DNA of 64,000 bases from the NCBI GenBank assembly GCA_002383485.1, contig DFYY01000012.1, positions 101,717 to 165,716 of the forward strand, read 5' to 3'. Position 1 is the stretch's first letter. Each line of letters opens with the position of its first letter. The DNA is from Bacteroidales bacterium UBA4070. GTDB lineage: Bacteria > Bacteroidota > Bacteroidia > Bacteroidales > VadinHA17. The notes under the pieces were generated by a model. The model was not told where the DNA came from and made no database searches. It saw only the letters and a program-made list of their open reading frames with translations. Below are positions 17,356 through 27,284 of the stretch, piece after piece. The translations under genes were made by a program, and so were the position numbers.

Positions 17356-18207
17356 ATGTCTGCAAATATCTGTATAACAGGACTGGGACTTATAGGAGGA
17401 TCGATGGCGCGAAACCTGAGACTCAATGGTTACATGGGAAGGATAATTGGGGTTGATGCCAATCCCCATCACTGTACAATTGCAATGTACCGCGGACTGG
17501 CTGATGAGTTCCTGCCACTCGAAGAAGCTGTTGAAAAGTCAGATATCATCATCCTTTGTGCACCTGTTGATGTCAACTGCCGGCTGCTGCCCGGAATCCT
17601 CGACATGATTGCCGGCACCGGCAAGGTGGTCGCGGATATGGGTTCAACAAAGTCTGATATTGCCGCTGTGGCCGACAGACATCCGGCACGCGGAAGGTAT
17701 GTTGCCGCTCACCCTATGGCCGGCACCGAGCACTCAGGACCGGCGGCGGCAGTAGACAGGCTCTTCAGTGAAAAGATAGCCATAATCTGTGACCCTGAAA
17801 AAAGCGATGATGACGCACTGGAACTCATCACCGCGCTCCTGCAGTCGTTTAACATGAAGATCCAGTATATGGACTCCGGGGAACATGATGTGCATGTGGC
17901 CTATGTGTCTCACATCTCTCACATCACCTCCTTTGCGCTGGCACTGTGCGTCCTCGAGAAGGAGAAGGACACCCGCAATATAATGTCCCTTGCCGCCGGA
18001 GGCTTCGAGAGTACCGTACGTCTTTCAAAGAGCAATGCCGAGACATGGGCTCCCATATTCGCGGACAATGCCGGACCGATACTGGAAGTGATCGATACAT
18101 ATATAGACAAGATGAATCTTTTCAGAAAGCATATCGAAAGCGGTGACCGTGAATCGCTCAGGCAGCTGATGACCGCGGCCAACCGGATAGGGAAAATCCT
18201 TAAATAA
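17356..18207 (+). CDS. tyrA: prephenate dehydrogenase
   Basis: ITGLGLIGGS Rossmann motif, ..AAHPMAGTEHSG.., and HDVHVAYVSHISH. Confidence 0.85.
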   Translation: MSANICITGLGLIGGSMARNLRLNGYMGRIIGVDANPHHCTIAMYRGLADEFLPLEEAVEKSDIIILCAPVDVNCRLLPGILDMIAGTGKVVADMGSTKSDIAAVADRHPARGRYVAAHPMAGTEHSGPAAAVDRLFSEKIAIICDPEKSDDDALELITALLQSFNMKIQYMDSGEHDVHVAYVSHISHITSFALALCVLEKEKDTRNIMSLAAGGFESTVRLSKSNAETWAPIFADNAGPILEVIDTYIDKMNLFRKHIESGDRESLRQLMTAANRIGKILK

Positions 18208-18222
18208 AACTCTGACTATACA

Positions 18223-19350
18223 ATGAACACAGACAGTCTTATCATGACCACCACAAGAACAAGGAACAGCCTCAATATAGAGCCTGTGGAGGAGTGGCCG
18301 GTTTTCAAGAAACGGCCTCTTGTTATAGCCGGGCCGTGCAGTGCCGAGAGTGAGGAGCAGGTTATGTCCACTGCTGCCGCTTTGGTGGCGTCCGGCCGGG
18401 TTGATATCTTCCGTGCCGGCGTATGGAAACCCCGTACCCGGCCGGGCCAGTTTGAGGGAGTAGGCATCACGGGGCTCAAATGGCTCCGCCGTGTGAGGGA
18501 TCAGTTCGGCCTCCCGGTATCAGTGGAGGTGGCTACGGAAAAGCATGTATATGAAGCCCTGAAGCACGGAATGGACGCCGTCTGGATAGGAGCAAGAACC
18601 AGCGTTAATCCGTTTGCACTCCAGGAAATTGCAACAGCCCTGAAGGATTCAGACGTTATGGTGTTCGTGAAAAATCCCGTTAACCCGGACCTTGAGCTTT
18701 GGATCGGCGCCATTGAACGCCTTAGCCATGCCGGCATCACCCGGATTGCAGCCATACACCGTGGTTTCTCCAGCTGGGAAAAGAGTTCCTTCCGTAATCA
18801 GCCCAGGTGGCAGATAGCAGTGGAGCTCAGACAGCGTCTGCCCGGCGTTGGCATGTTATGCGACCCAAGTCATATGGGAGGCGACACTGCATTCATCGGT
18901 GATCTGTCGCAGAAGGCAATGGACCTCCAGTATGACGGTTTGATGATAGAGACACACATTGATCCCCCCAGTGCCCTCAGCGACAGGAAACAGCAGATCA
19001 CTCCCGTGGAGCTGATGAAAGTGCTGGGGAACCTGGTACTCAGGTCTCCGACCACAGATAATCCGGAGTTTCTTGAGACCATCGAGGATCTGCGCAGTCA
19101 GATTGATGTGTATGACAATCTGCTTCTGGATATTCTTGAGAGCAGGATGCAGGTGGCAGAAACAATAGGCCGTTACAAGAAGGAGCATAACATCACCATT
19201 CTACAGAGCAGCCGGTGGAGGGAGGTGAAGGACAATGCAGTGGACAAGGGCGTCAGAAAGGGTTTGACACCTGAGTTCATCCAGGCGATCCTGGAGGCCA
19301 TTCACCAGGAATCGATCACCCACCAGATGAAAGTGATGAAAGATGAGTAA
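18223..19350 (+). CDS. bifunctional 3-deoxy-7-phosphoheptulonate synthase / chorismate mutase type II
   Basis: The N-terminal DAHPS-like part has IAGPCSAESEEQ, FRAGVWKPRT, LCDPSH and ..ETH. The C-terminal CM_2 domain has LRSQIDVYDNLLLDILESRMQV...I. Confidence 0.85.
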   Translation: MNTDSLIMTTTRTRNSLNIEPVEEWPVFKKRPLVIAGPCSAESEEQVMSTAAALVASGRVDIFRAGVWKPRTRPGQFEGVGITGLKWLRRVRDQFGLPVSVEVATEKHVYEALKHGMDAVWIGARTSVNPFALQEIATALKDSDVMVFVKNPVNPDLELWIGAIERLSHAGITRIAAIHRGFSSWEKSSFRNQPRWQIAVELRQRLPGVGMLCDPSHMGGDTAFIGDLSQKAMDLQYDGLMIETHIDPPSALSDRKQQITPVELMKVLGNLVLRSPTTDNPEFLETIEDLRSQIDVYDNLLLDILESRMQVAETIGRYKKEHNITILQSSRWREVKDNAVDKGVRKGLTPEFIQAILEAIHQESITHQMKVMKDE

Positions 19351-19392
19351 ATTAGCAGTTGAACCGGGCCGCTGAGGCCACATTCTGACTTT

Positions 19393-20643
19393 ATGAATAT
19401 AACCGTCAGTCCGTCAGGAATTAACGGAACAGTTGAGGCGCCTTCAAGCAAAAGCCTGACTCAGAGAGCTATAGCTGCAGGATTACTGGCAGGGGGGACC
19501 ACTGTGATCCGGAATCCGACATATTGCAATGACTCTATTGCCGCGATGGCAATGGCTGGCGAGCTGGGTGCATCGGTTCAAGGGGAGCCTGACAGGATAA
19601 TCATCAGGGCCGGCCGGAAGCCCTCCGGGCCTGTGACGCTGAACTGCTCGGAGTCGGGGCTCGCTTTGCGTATGTTTGCCCCGGTAGCCGCTCTGGTCTC
19701 AGACAGTGTGACGCTCACGGGAAAAGGTTCGCTCATGCGCAGACCAGTGACTATGATCGGGCAGGCGCTGAGTCAGCTGGGAGTCACGGTTGAGACAACT
19801 GAAGGGATGTTACCCGTGAAGCTCTCCGGGCGGCTTAGGGCAGGCAGGGCTTTTATTGACGGTTCTGCCGGATCGCAGCTGCTGACGGGGCTGCTGATGG
19901 CACTTCCTCTTGCAGAAGGGGAGAGCAGGCTTGACGTGGCCAGTCTCACCAGTAAGCCATACATCGGGCTCACTCTCGGGTTGCTGGCAGAGTTTGGCAT
20001 CCCGGTTGTGAATGACAGTTTCAGATCATTTATCATCCCCGGGAATCAGTTCTACAGGGCACATGAGTACACTGTGGAGGGCGACTGGAGCGGGGCTGCA
20101 TTCCTTCTGGTTGCCGGAGCCACGGCAGGCAGGGTGACTGTTGACGGACTGAATCCTCACAGTATGCAGGCTGACAGGGCAATACTTAGGGCATTGGATG
20201 AGGCCGGTGCTGCTCTCATCACAGGTCCCGGCGGTATTACCTCCTCTTTGTCAGAGCTCCGGGCGTTTACTTTTGATGCCACCGATTCTCCTGATCTTTT
20301 CCCCCCGCTGGCAGCGCTGGCCGCACGTTGTGAGGGCACCAGCAGAATCATGGGTGTGGGCAGGCTAAGGCATAAGGAGAGCGACAGGGCGGAGGCTATC
20401 GCCGGTGTGCTGGAGGCCATGAAGATCACCGTCCGCATCAGCGGAGATGAGATGCTCATCACGGGAGGCAGGTTGGAGGGAGCGGTGGTCTCCTCACATA
20501 ATGACCACCGCATAGCGATGATGGCTGCAGTGATGGCTGCCGGCGCCACAGGTCCGGTGACGGTAACGGGAGCCGAAGCAGTGGCAAAATCATATCCCGG
20601 CTTCTATGATGATCTCGTCAGCCTTGGTGCAAGAATCTACTGA
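19393..20643 (+). CDS. aroA: 3-phosphoshikimate 1-carboxyvinyltransferase (EPSP synthase)
   Basis: PSSKSLTQRA, LRHKESDR, and HNDHRIAMMAAV motifs. Confidence 0.9.
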   Translation: MNITVSPSGINGTVEAPSSKSLTQRAIAAGLLAGGTTVIRNPTYCNDSIAAMAMAGELGASVQGEPDRIIIRAGRKPSGPVTLNCSESGLALRMFAPVAALVSDSVTLTGKGSLMRRPVTMIGQALSQLGVTVETTEGMLPVKLSGRLRAGRAFIDGSAGSQLLTGLLMALPLAEGESRLDVASLTSKPYIGLTLGLLAEFGIPVVNDSFRSFIIPGNQFYRAHEYTVEGDWSGAAFLLVAGATAGRVTVDGLNPHSMQADRAILRALDEAGAALITGPGGITSSLSELRAFTFDATDSPDLFPPLAALAARCEGTSRIMGVGRLRHKESDRAEAIAGVLEAMKITVRISGDEMLITGGRLEGAVVSSHNDHRIAMMAAVMAAGATGPVTVTGAEAVAKSYPGFYDDLVSLGARIY

Positions 20644-20657
20644 AGCGCTCCTGTCAT

Positions 20658-21659
20658 CTATCTTGGCCTTATTTCCCGGCGCATAAACAGTAAATAGGAT
20701 ATCACGAAACTTGTAATAGTGCCTGCCACCAGGCCTGTAACCTGCGGCCATACAAGCAACAAACTCTGCCCCAGAGGCAACGGTCCCGGGATGGCGCCTA
20801 TCATCTGTTCCATGGTCAGCGGACCCAGGCTGCGCACAGAAGGCATCAGCAATGTTGTGGTAGCCTCGCTGTAGAGCTGGTTGGGCATGATTCTCATCAG
20901 TGTCAGTCTGAGTTGCTCAACGGCGATCAAATGAGACGGCGGGGCAACAGCCGATGGCTCAAGCGACTTTATGATCAGGTTGACTATCAACGGGTAGAAC
21001 ACCGTAAAGAACAGCCAGACTGCGATGGCGGACAGCGCTGCAGTGGCAGGCTGCCTGAACAGCACTGAAAAGAGTATTGAAAGGTTGAGCCAGAATGCAA
21101 CATACAGGATGCTCAGCAGAATGAAAAGGACCATTCTTACAAACTCTTCGGCAGTGGGAGGGATACCAAGTGCGACGAGGCCGGCTCCCATCACAATCAG
21201 ACCAAGGGCAAGAAGCATTGCACTGATAACTGTAAGGGCCCCTGCAAACTTGGCGTTAATAATATAGTCACGGTGTATTGGCTGTGATAATATCCTGCTG
21301 AGCGTTCCCCTGTTGTGTTCCGAGTTAATGGCATCAAATCCCAGGCCGATACCCAGCAACGGTCCAAGAAAACTGATGAAAACCACGAATGAAGGCATTG
21401 TACCGTCAGTAATTGTAAAAATCTTCAGGAAGAAGAAGGCTCCTTCGGGATCATTGGGTTTTACCGCCTGAGACATGTTTGCCAGGGCTGTATACAGTGA
21501 CCCAAGGCAGGTGAGAGCTATTAATGCGGTGAGGATCAGAAATCTCCAGCCGGTAAGGTGATCTGCCATCTCTTTCTCCATGATTACACGGAACGGATGT
21601 CTGACCCTGTCTCTTTGCCGGTCGAAGTATCCGGTTAATGTCATAATACTCCTATTCAT
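20658..21659 (-). CDS. ABC-2 type transporter permease
   Basis: Six or more hydrophobic segments, NosY/ABC-2-like. The ATG at 21659 overlaps the ATPase stop by 8 nt (ATGAATAG). The ORF track extends to 21707. Confidence 0.7.
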   Translation of the reverse strand: MNRSIMTLTGYFDRQRDRVRHPFRVIMEKEMADHLTGWRFLILTALIALTCLGSLYTALANMSQAVKPNDPEGAFFFLKIFTITDGTMPSFVVFISFLGPLLGIGLGFDAINSEHNRGTLSRILSQPIHRDYIINAKFAGALTVISAMLLALGLIVMGAGLVALGIPPTAEEFVRMVLFILLSILYVAFWLNLSILFSVLFRQPATAALSAIAVWLFFTVFYPLIVNLIIKSLEPSAVAPPSHLIAVEQLRLTLMRIMPNQLYSEATTTLLMPSVRSLGPLTMEQMIGAIPGPLPLGQSLLLVWPQVTGLVAGTITSFVISYLLFMRREIRPR

Positions 21660-22638
21660 GTTTATCCCCTCCTTCAAAATAACGGTAATAGATGTCATCA
21701 AGACCATATTCCCTTTTGTTCAGCGAAGTCAGCCGTGCCCCGGAGCCTATTATGACAGCGGCTATCTCACCGGTAATGTCTTTTGAACAGGCCAGATGCA
21801 GGATGCCGTTTTCTTCCCTGATTTCATTTACCCCCTCGATGCCAAGGAGTGCATCCCTGATCTCGTTTCTTTTTTGCCCGGCTGTGTCTACCTCGCCGGG
21901 TTTCCTGACCGGGAGATCAATTCCTGCCTCAATTGCATAGGGTGACTTTCCGAAGAGCTGTGAGGCAAGGCTCTGAATGTCACCCACGGCAAGCAGTCTG
22001 CCGCCGACGAAGAGGCCCACCCTGTCGCACACCTGCTGAACCTGGTGAAGGTGATGAGAGGAGAACAATACTGTTATCTTCTGTTCGCGGCTAAGCTCCA
22101 CAATCAGATCGAGAAATTCCCTGACACCGGCCGGGTCTATCCCAAGAGTAGGCTCATCAAGTATTATCACCTCCGGGTCCTTTATAAGCACATCGGCCAG
22201 GCCCAGCCTCTGTCTCATACCCCGTGAATATTTGCCGGTTTTCTTATGTTTTTCATTCGCCAGTCCCACTCTCTCCAGCAGCTTTTCAGCCCTGGCCTCT
22301 GCATCTATTACGGAGAGACCGTTCAGACATGCAGTATAGATCAGGTTATCGAGTCCTGACATGTCATCATAGAACCCGACCTCCTCGGGAAGGTATCCCA
22401 CTCTTTTCTTTACCCCCACGGGGTCAGCGGAAGGATCAATTCCGCAGACCCTGGCCGTGCCGGCGTCAGGCTCGGTCAGTCCCAGCATCATCAGGATTGT
22501 TGTGGATTTACCGGCTCCGTTGGGGCCAAGCAGGCCGAAAATCTCTCCCCTGGATACAGTGAGGGTGAGATTGTCAACTGCTGTGAACTGACCGTACTTC
22601 CGGGTCAGTCCCGTCAGTTCTATTATATTCCCGGCCAC
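21652..22638 (-). CDS. ABC transporter ATP-binding protein
   Basis: Walker A GPNGAGKST, the signature YSRGMRQRL, Walker B VIILDEPT, and a C-terminal extension of about 100 aa. The GTG start at 22638 lies 4 nt after the upstream stop and is preceded by GGAGG. Confidence 0.85.
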   Translation of the reverse strand: MAGNIIELTGLTRKYGQFTAVDNLTLTVSRGEIFGLLGPNGAGKSTTILMMLGLTEPDAGTARVCGIDPSADPVGVKKRVGYLPEEVGFYDDMSGLDNLIYTACLNGLSVIDAEARAEKLLERVGLANEKHKKTGKYSRGMRQRLGLADVLIKDPEVIILDEPTLGIDPAGVREFLDLIVELSREQKITVLFSSHHLHQVQQVCDRVGLFVGGRLLAVGDIQSLASQLFGKSPYAIEAGIDLPVRKPGEVDTAGQKRNEIRDALLGIEGVNEIREENGILHLACSKDITGEIAAVIIGSGARLTSLNKREYGLDDIYYRYFEGGDKHE

Positions 22639-22640
22639 GG

Positions 22641-23792
22641 CTACCTCCTTCCGTATTTCCGGAACAGATACAAAACAATGCCTATGCCGGCAAGTATAAC
22701 AATCACCCCTGTCCAGCCCCACAGCAAGGGTGTCTTGACAGATATACGGAATGAGGCCTTTGAAGATGCCTCGGGCGTGCGAGCCTCGAGGTTGGTCACA
22801 TAGTCTCCGGGAATAGCTTTTTTGTCTGCCCTTATCATTGCTGTGACGGTTGTCTCCCTTCCGGCAAGGATGGACCCGATTTGCTTCGGATCAAAGGTTA
22901 CCTCCCAGTTGACCGGTGCGGCATGGGTAAGCTGAATGTCTGACAATACGGACGTACCAGTGTTTTTTACAATCAGGTCAATCTTCTTTTCCCTTCCCGC
23001 TACAATATCAGTACTGAGCAGGCCGGCAGGGGTGGTGAGTTCGATCTTATATGTGCCGGTAATGACTGCTTCGAGCTTCATCTCACCTGAGGATGATCCG
23101 GATACTGCCCTGACAGGGATTGCATAATTACCCTCCTCCACCTGTTCGGTAGGTTTAACCTCAATTGTGACATTCACTGTGCTGTTGGGTTCCACATCCA
23201 CGGAGGTAACCTGTTTCCCGTTTGCCCTGAATGTGATTATCCAGCCTCTCGGCACTTCACCCTGCAGTGAATATGTCTGAGCCTCGGCCGTACGGTTTCT
23301 GAGGTCTGCGCTGTAATTAAAGGTGGAGCCAGCGTGTCCCTCCATATTTGACTGCCTCGTGCTGAATTCGGTTTTGTATGTCCCCTGCTCGGAGATATTC
23401 ACCGTCAGAGGAAGTGTGTTACCTTCGCCGGCCACAAGATAGATCCTGTAGTTGCCCTTGTTGACCTGGAACGGAACTTCCACCTTCAGTGAAATGCTTT
23501 TTTTTTCACCCGGAAGCACTGCTACCTGACGTACATTCCAGGCACCGGCCTTGAGGGTATAGCTCCAGTTGCGAGGCAGATTTGTCACCGTAAGATCAAG
23601 GGTCTCCAAATCTTTACTGTTGTTGATGACATCAACAGTGTAGTCAATCGATTCCCCGGGGGGAACAGATATCTTTGTAAAGGGGGTGTAGAGCAGGATG
23701 CTGTCTTTTTCAGCGGCTGTTGCTGTGCCGGAGACTATTATCCCATATAAAAGGATTAAAAAAACAGCAGTCAGTTTCTTCATTGTTGACAT
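22641..23792 (-). CDS. secreted NEW3/CARDB-like repeat protein with a C-terminal membrane anchor (COG1470-like)
   Basis: Has a signal peptide and three roughly 100-aa beta-sandwich-like repeats (...PGE...V.V.N.G...; NYAIPVRA; GDYVTNLEA). The C-terminal TM segment is WGWTGVIVILAGIGIVLYLF. Confidence 0.55.
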   Translation of the reverse strand: MSTMKKLTAVFLILLYGIIVSGTATAAEKDSILLYTPFTKISVPPGESIDYTVDVINNSKDLETLDLTVTNLPRNWSYTLKAGAWNVRQVAVLPGEKKSISLKVEVPFQVNKGNYRIYLVAGEGNTLPLTVNISEQGTYKTEFSTRQSNMEGHAGSTFNYSADLRNRTAEAQTYSLQGEVPRGWIITFRANGKQVTSVDVEPNSTVNVTIEVKPTEQVEEGNYAIPVRAVSGSSSGEMKLEAVITGTYKIELTTPAGLLSTDIVAGREKKIDLIVKNTGTSVLSDIQLTHAAPVNWEVTFDPKQIGSILAGRETTVTAMIRADKKAIPGDYVTNLEARTPEASSKASFRISVKTPLLWGWTGVIVILAGIGIVLYLFRKYGRR

Positions 23793-24223
23793 AAGAATTT
23801 CCTCCTGTATTTTTTTATATTTTTATACAGAATGCAAATTTATAAGCCCGGGATCGAAATTTACAAGAGGGTTGTACCAGTGTCTGGGCTTTCTGTGCCG
23901 GCGCGTTTGTAATAAGTCAGATTTTTTGAATTGAATCTGAATAAATTAAGCCCATAACATCTTCGTTGTTAAATTTTTCTTAAAATTAAAAGCTGTGATC
24001 ACGGCCTGTGACAGGAGCAGGACCCAGTTCGGTCCGGCGTTTGACAATTCGCCGATCATGAACTACGACAGTACCATGACCACTTAACGGGCCTATCCTG
24101 ACAACTGGATAAACATGTTCCGCAAGACGAACACCAACAGCCTTACAACTGCCATTGCCGGTCCTGAATTCACACCATAACCCCTGAAAGCAGAAGGTCC
24201 CAACGAAAACCAAAAACAAAGAA

Positions 24224-24394
24224 ATGAAATTGAAAATGAGATTTTTACCTGTATTAACTGCAACTTTCCTCTTTGCAGGTGCTGCCAGTGCACAACACAG
24301 CAATTCTCCTGCAGGCCATGTAACCCGGGGGATCCAGCTTGGGCTCTTTTACCTTTTCGGCCACGATGCCGAACGGGCTATCCGCAACCTCTAG
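24224..24394 (+). pseudogene. 56-aa signal-peptide ORF, probably the N-terminal remnant of a larger TPR-type secreted protein
   Basis: MKLKMRFLPVLTATFLFAGAASAQ...GIQLGLFYLFGHDAERAIRNL then a stop. It ends 4 nt from the convergent mnmE stop. It is below the ORF-track length cutoff. Confidence 0.3.
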
Positions 24395-24398
24395 CAGG

Positions 24399-25826
24399 TT
24401 ATTTACCTATACAGAATTTGGAGAAGATCTCTCCGAGGATATCCTCGGGCGATATCTTTCCTGTTATCAGCCCCAGGTGATAGATGGCCTGCCTGACATC
24501 AGTGGCTATCAGTACTGTGGGTATCCCGTCACGGAATCCGTCAAGCACCCTCTGAAGACTCTCAGAGACATTCCTTAGCGCCTCGTAATGCCTTGCATTT
24601 GTCACAATGAATTGCGGATTGTCAAGCCTGCCTGTCTCAACTGAGGCCGTAAGCTGTTTCTTCAGATCATCAATGCCCGTTGAATCCCTTGCTGAAACTA
24701 ATATCACAGGGAAGGGGCACAGGCTCCTCAGTTCCTTCCTCAGTGATGAAGCAACGCTTCGTGTAATAAGGTCAGACTTGTTGGCGATCAGTATTATTCT
24801 GGCTTCTGAAGTGCCAGTCATCTCACTTACTGCACCGGCAAAGTCAGAGATGTCCACGGCGCTGTCTGTTGCCTCTGCCACTGCCAGTACGATATCAGCT
24901 GCTCTCAGCTTGTTCCGTGTGCGCTCCATACCGAGCTCCTCAATCTCATCCCCTCCGTGCCTCAGCCCGGCAGTGTCAATGAACCGGAACAGGAGTCCTT
25001 CAACGTGCAATACCTCTTCAATTGTGTCACGCGTAGTACCGGGGATATCAGACACAATTGCGCGCTCCTCATCGAGCAGAACGTTGAGCAGCGAGGACTT
25101 GCCCACATTGGGTCTGCCCGCAATGACAACCGGGATGCCTTTCCTGATGGCGTTGCCGAGCCTGAATGAAGATGCCAGTCTGTCAACCATCTCTTTAATC
25201 CTAATGACTGTCTCAGTCATTGCAAACCGGTCGGCAAACTGCACATCCTCCTCGCTGAAATCGAGTTCAAGCTCAATCAGCGATGTGAAGGTTATCAGTT
25301 CCTTCCTCAGTTGCTCGATTCCCTCAGAAAAGCCTCCCCTCAGCTGGGTGGCTGCCAGACGGTGCGCCGCCTCTGAATCGGCAGCTATCAGATCAGCTAC
25401 CGCCTCGGCCTGGGAGAGATCTATCCTGCCGTTCATGAATGCCCTCATGGTGAACTCGCCGGGCATGGCAGGCTTTGCACCCTGCTCAATGAGCAACTCC
25501 ATGATCCTGCGCTGGATGAAAGGTGATGCATGATGGCTTATTTCTGCAGCATCTTCTCCTGTATATGAGGAGGGAGACCTGAACAGTGTCACAAGCACTT
25601 CATCAATGAAATCTTCATCCTTCTCAAAACTTCCGAAATGGACCGTGTATCCCCTGGCAGCGAGAATGTCCTTCCGGGTAGCCGGAGTAAAGAGTGAGTC
25701 AATGACAACAAAGGTGCCCGGACCGCTAACGCGTATTATTCCAATTGCTCCGCCAATACCGGTTGCCGGCGCTGCTATCGTTGTGTCACTCTGTACCTTC
25801 ATCAGCATCAATTTGTATGATGGCAA
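24399..25826 (-). CDS. mnmE: tRNA modification GTPase MnmE
   Basis: DTIAAPAT.., G1 GRPNVGKSS, DTAG, NKSD, and the C-terminal FCIGK motif. The start could instead be Met7 or Met9 (25808 or 25802). Confidence 0.9.
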   Translation of the reverse strand: MPSYKLMLMKVQSDTTIAAPATGIGGAIGIIRVSGPGTFVVIDSLFTPATRKDILAARGYTVHFGSFEKDEDFIDEVLVTLFRSPSSYTGEDAAEISHHASPFIQRRIMELLIEQGAKPAMPGEFTMRAFMNGRIDLSQAEAVADLIAADSEAAHRLAATQLRGGFSEGIEQLRKELITFTSLIELELDFSEEDVQFADRFAMTETVIRIKEMVDRLASSFRLGNAIRKGIPVVIAGRPNVGKSSLLNVLLDEERAIVSDIPGTTRDTIEEVLHVEGLLFRFIDTAGLRHGGDEIEELGMERTRNKLRAADIVLAVAEATDSAVDISDFAGAVSEMTGTSEARIILIANKSDLITRSVASSLRKELRSLCPFPVILVSARDSTGIDDLKKQLTASVETGRLDNPQFIVTNARHYEALRNVSESLQRVLDGFRDGIPTVLIATDVRQAIYHLGLITGKISPEDILGEIFSKFCIGK

Positions 25827-25888
25827 AGATAATGATTGAGGGTAAGTTATATTATGCTATTTTAGAGGCTGGATTAACATAAATTGAT

Positions 25889-27148
25889 ATGAGAACATTG
25901 ACTACGGTTTCAGTTATCGCCGGCTTGCTTTTCCTGACGGGATGCGCCGGAAACTTCAACAAGCTGACTTCTGAAGAAGCTGAGCAGGGGTGGGAACTGC
26001 TGTTTGACGGCAAAAGCCTGGATCAGTGGCGATTGTATAACAGCGAGGGCACCGGCACCTGGGGTGTTGAAGACGGATGTCTCACTGCAGACGGCACCGG
26101 CAGCGACAGCACAGGTTATATAATCAGTAAAAAGGAATATGCCAGTTTTGATCTGAAGTTTGACTGGAAGATTGCACCCGAAGGCAACAGCGGTGTAATG
26201 TACCATGTGGTTGAATCTGACAGGTTCAATACACCCTATCTGACAGGTCCTGAATACCAGCTTATTGATGATGCAGGCTGGCCCGGAGATCTGGAAGAGT
26301 GGCAGAAGACCGGTGCAGATTACGCAATGTACCTGCCGGATACTGCGAAGAAGATACTTAATGAACCCGAAGAATGGAACAGTTCGCGAATTCTCTTTGA
26401 TAACGGTCACGCAGAATACTGGCTGAACGGTGAGAAGATTATTGAGTTTGAAGCCTGGACCCCTGAGTGGTTTGCCCTTAAGAACAGCGGCAAATGGGCC
26501 GGCGCTCCCGAATACGGACTGGCCGCCACAGGGCACCTGAGTCTTCAGGACCACGGCTCAAGGGTGTGGTTCAGAAACATGAAAATTAAGGAACTGCCTG
26601 CAAAAGAAAGCGGCCCGGTTGCCCTCTTCAACGGTTATGACCTTTCGGGATGGACACAGTACGGAACGGAGAAGTGGTACGTTGAAGACAGCCTCCTTGT
26701 CTGCGAAAGCGGTCCGGACAAAGGCTATGGTTATCTTGCCACTGACATGTACTATAAAGACTTCGACCTTTCGGTCGATTTCAGACAGGTATCTGACGGC
26801 AACAGCGGCGTTTTCTTCAGGTCGGTGATAGATGGCACCAGGATTTCAGGCTGGCAGGTAGAGGTGGCTCCCGAAGGAAATGACACAGGCGGCATCTACG
26901 AGTCATACGGAAGAGGCTGGCTTGTACAGATCCCTGACGAAAAGGAAAATATTCTTCTGCCCGGAGAATGGAACCGGATGAGAATTAAAGTTGTCGGTCC
27001 GGATGTCACCGTATGGCTCAATGATACCGAGATGACACGGTTTAATGACCCTGTTATCGGAAAGGCCAATGGCAGAATTGCACTCCAGATCCATGACGGT
27101 GGAGGGATCAGGGTGCTATGGAAAAACCTCGTTATACAACCTCTTTAA
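25889..27148 (+). CDS. lipoprotein with two DUF1080 (3-keto-disaccharide hydrolase-like) domains
   Basis: Lipobox LTGC. Two repeats of W....G.W.VEDG.L......Y....Y..F.L..D.....GNSGV... Confidence 0.8.
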   Translation: MRTLTTVSVIAGLLFLTGCAGNFNKLTSEEAEQGWELLFDGKSLDQWRLYNSEGTGTWGVEDGCLTADGTGSDSTGYIISKKEYASFDLKFDWKIAPEGNSGVMYHVVESDRFNTPYLTGPEYQLIDDAGWPGDLEEWQKTGADYAMYLPDTAKKILNEPEEWNSSRILFDNGHAEYWLNGEKIIEFEAWTPEWFALKNSGKWAGAPEYGLAATGHLSLQDHGSRVWFRNMKIKELPAKESGPVALFNGYDLSGWTQYGTEKWYVEDSLLVCESGPDKGYGYLATDMYYKDFDLSVDFRQVSDGNSGVFFRSVIDGTRISGWQVEVAPEGNDTGGIYESYGRGWLVQIPDEKENILLPGEWNRMRIKVVGPDVTVWLNDTEMTRFNDPVIGKANGRIALQIHDGGGIRVLWKNLVIQPL

Positions 27149-27199
27149 GCTGCCCTGTAATAATCGGGCCGGAGTGATCCCGGGATCCTGAAAAAAAAT

Positions 27200-27243
27200 C
27201 TACGAAGCCCCGATGCCGGATATTCAGGCACGGGGCTTCGTAG
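27200..27243. terminator. 13-bp-stem hairpin between convergent genes
   Basis: CTACGAAGCCCCG ... CGGGGCTTCGTAG, with an A8 run on the left. On the minus strand that run becomes a T-tract after the hairpin. Confidence 0.5.
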
Positions 27244-27284
27244 TTATATAAGATGTTGCTGATCTGAAACTAAGAGCGAACTGA

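Noticed and set aside
24096-24130. A TPP-riboswitch-like string (CCTGACAACTGGATAAACATGTTCCGC, compared with the ACCTGATCTGGATAATGCCAGCG consensus).
   Set aside because: The 5' half (the CTGAGA box and pairing partners) is absent. No thiamine gene lies downstream. The similarity is confined to a few short words.
23986-24303. A 105-aa minus-strand ORF in the 23.8-24.4 kb gap.
   Set aside because: It has no recognisable motif and odd composition, and it overlaps the plus-strand signal-peptide stub. Coding status is not supported.
24607-25533. A 308-aa plus-strand ORF inside mnmE.
   Set aside because: It is antisense to a strongly supported MnmE gene. It has Ser/Ala/Leu-rich low-complexity composition and no recognisable motifs. 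This is a typical shadow ORF.
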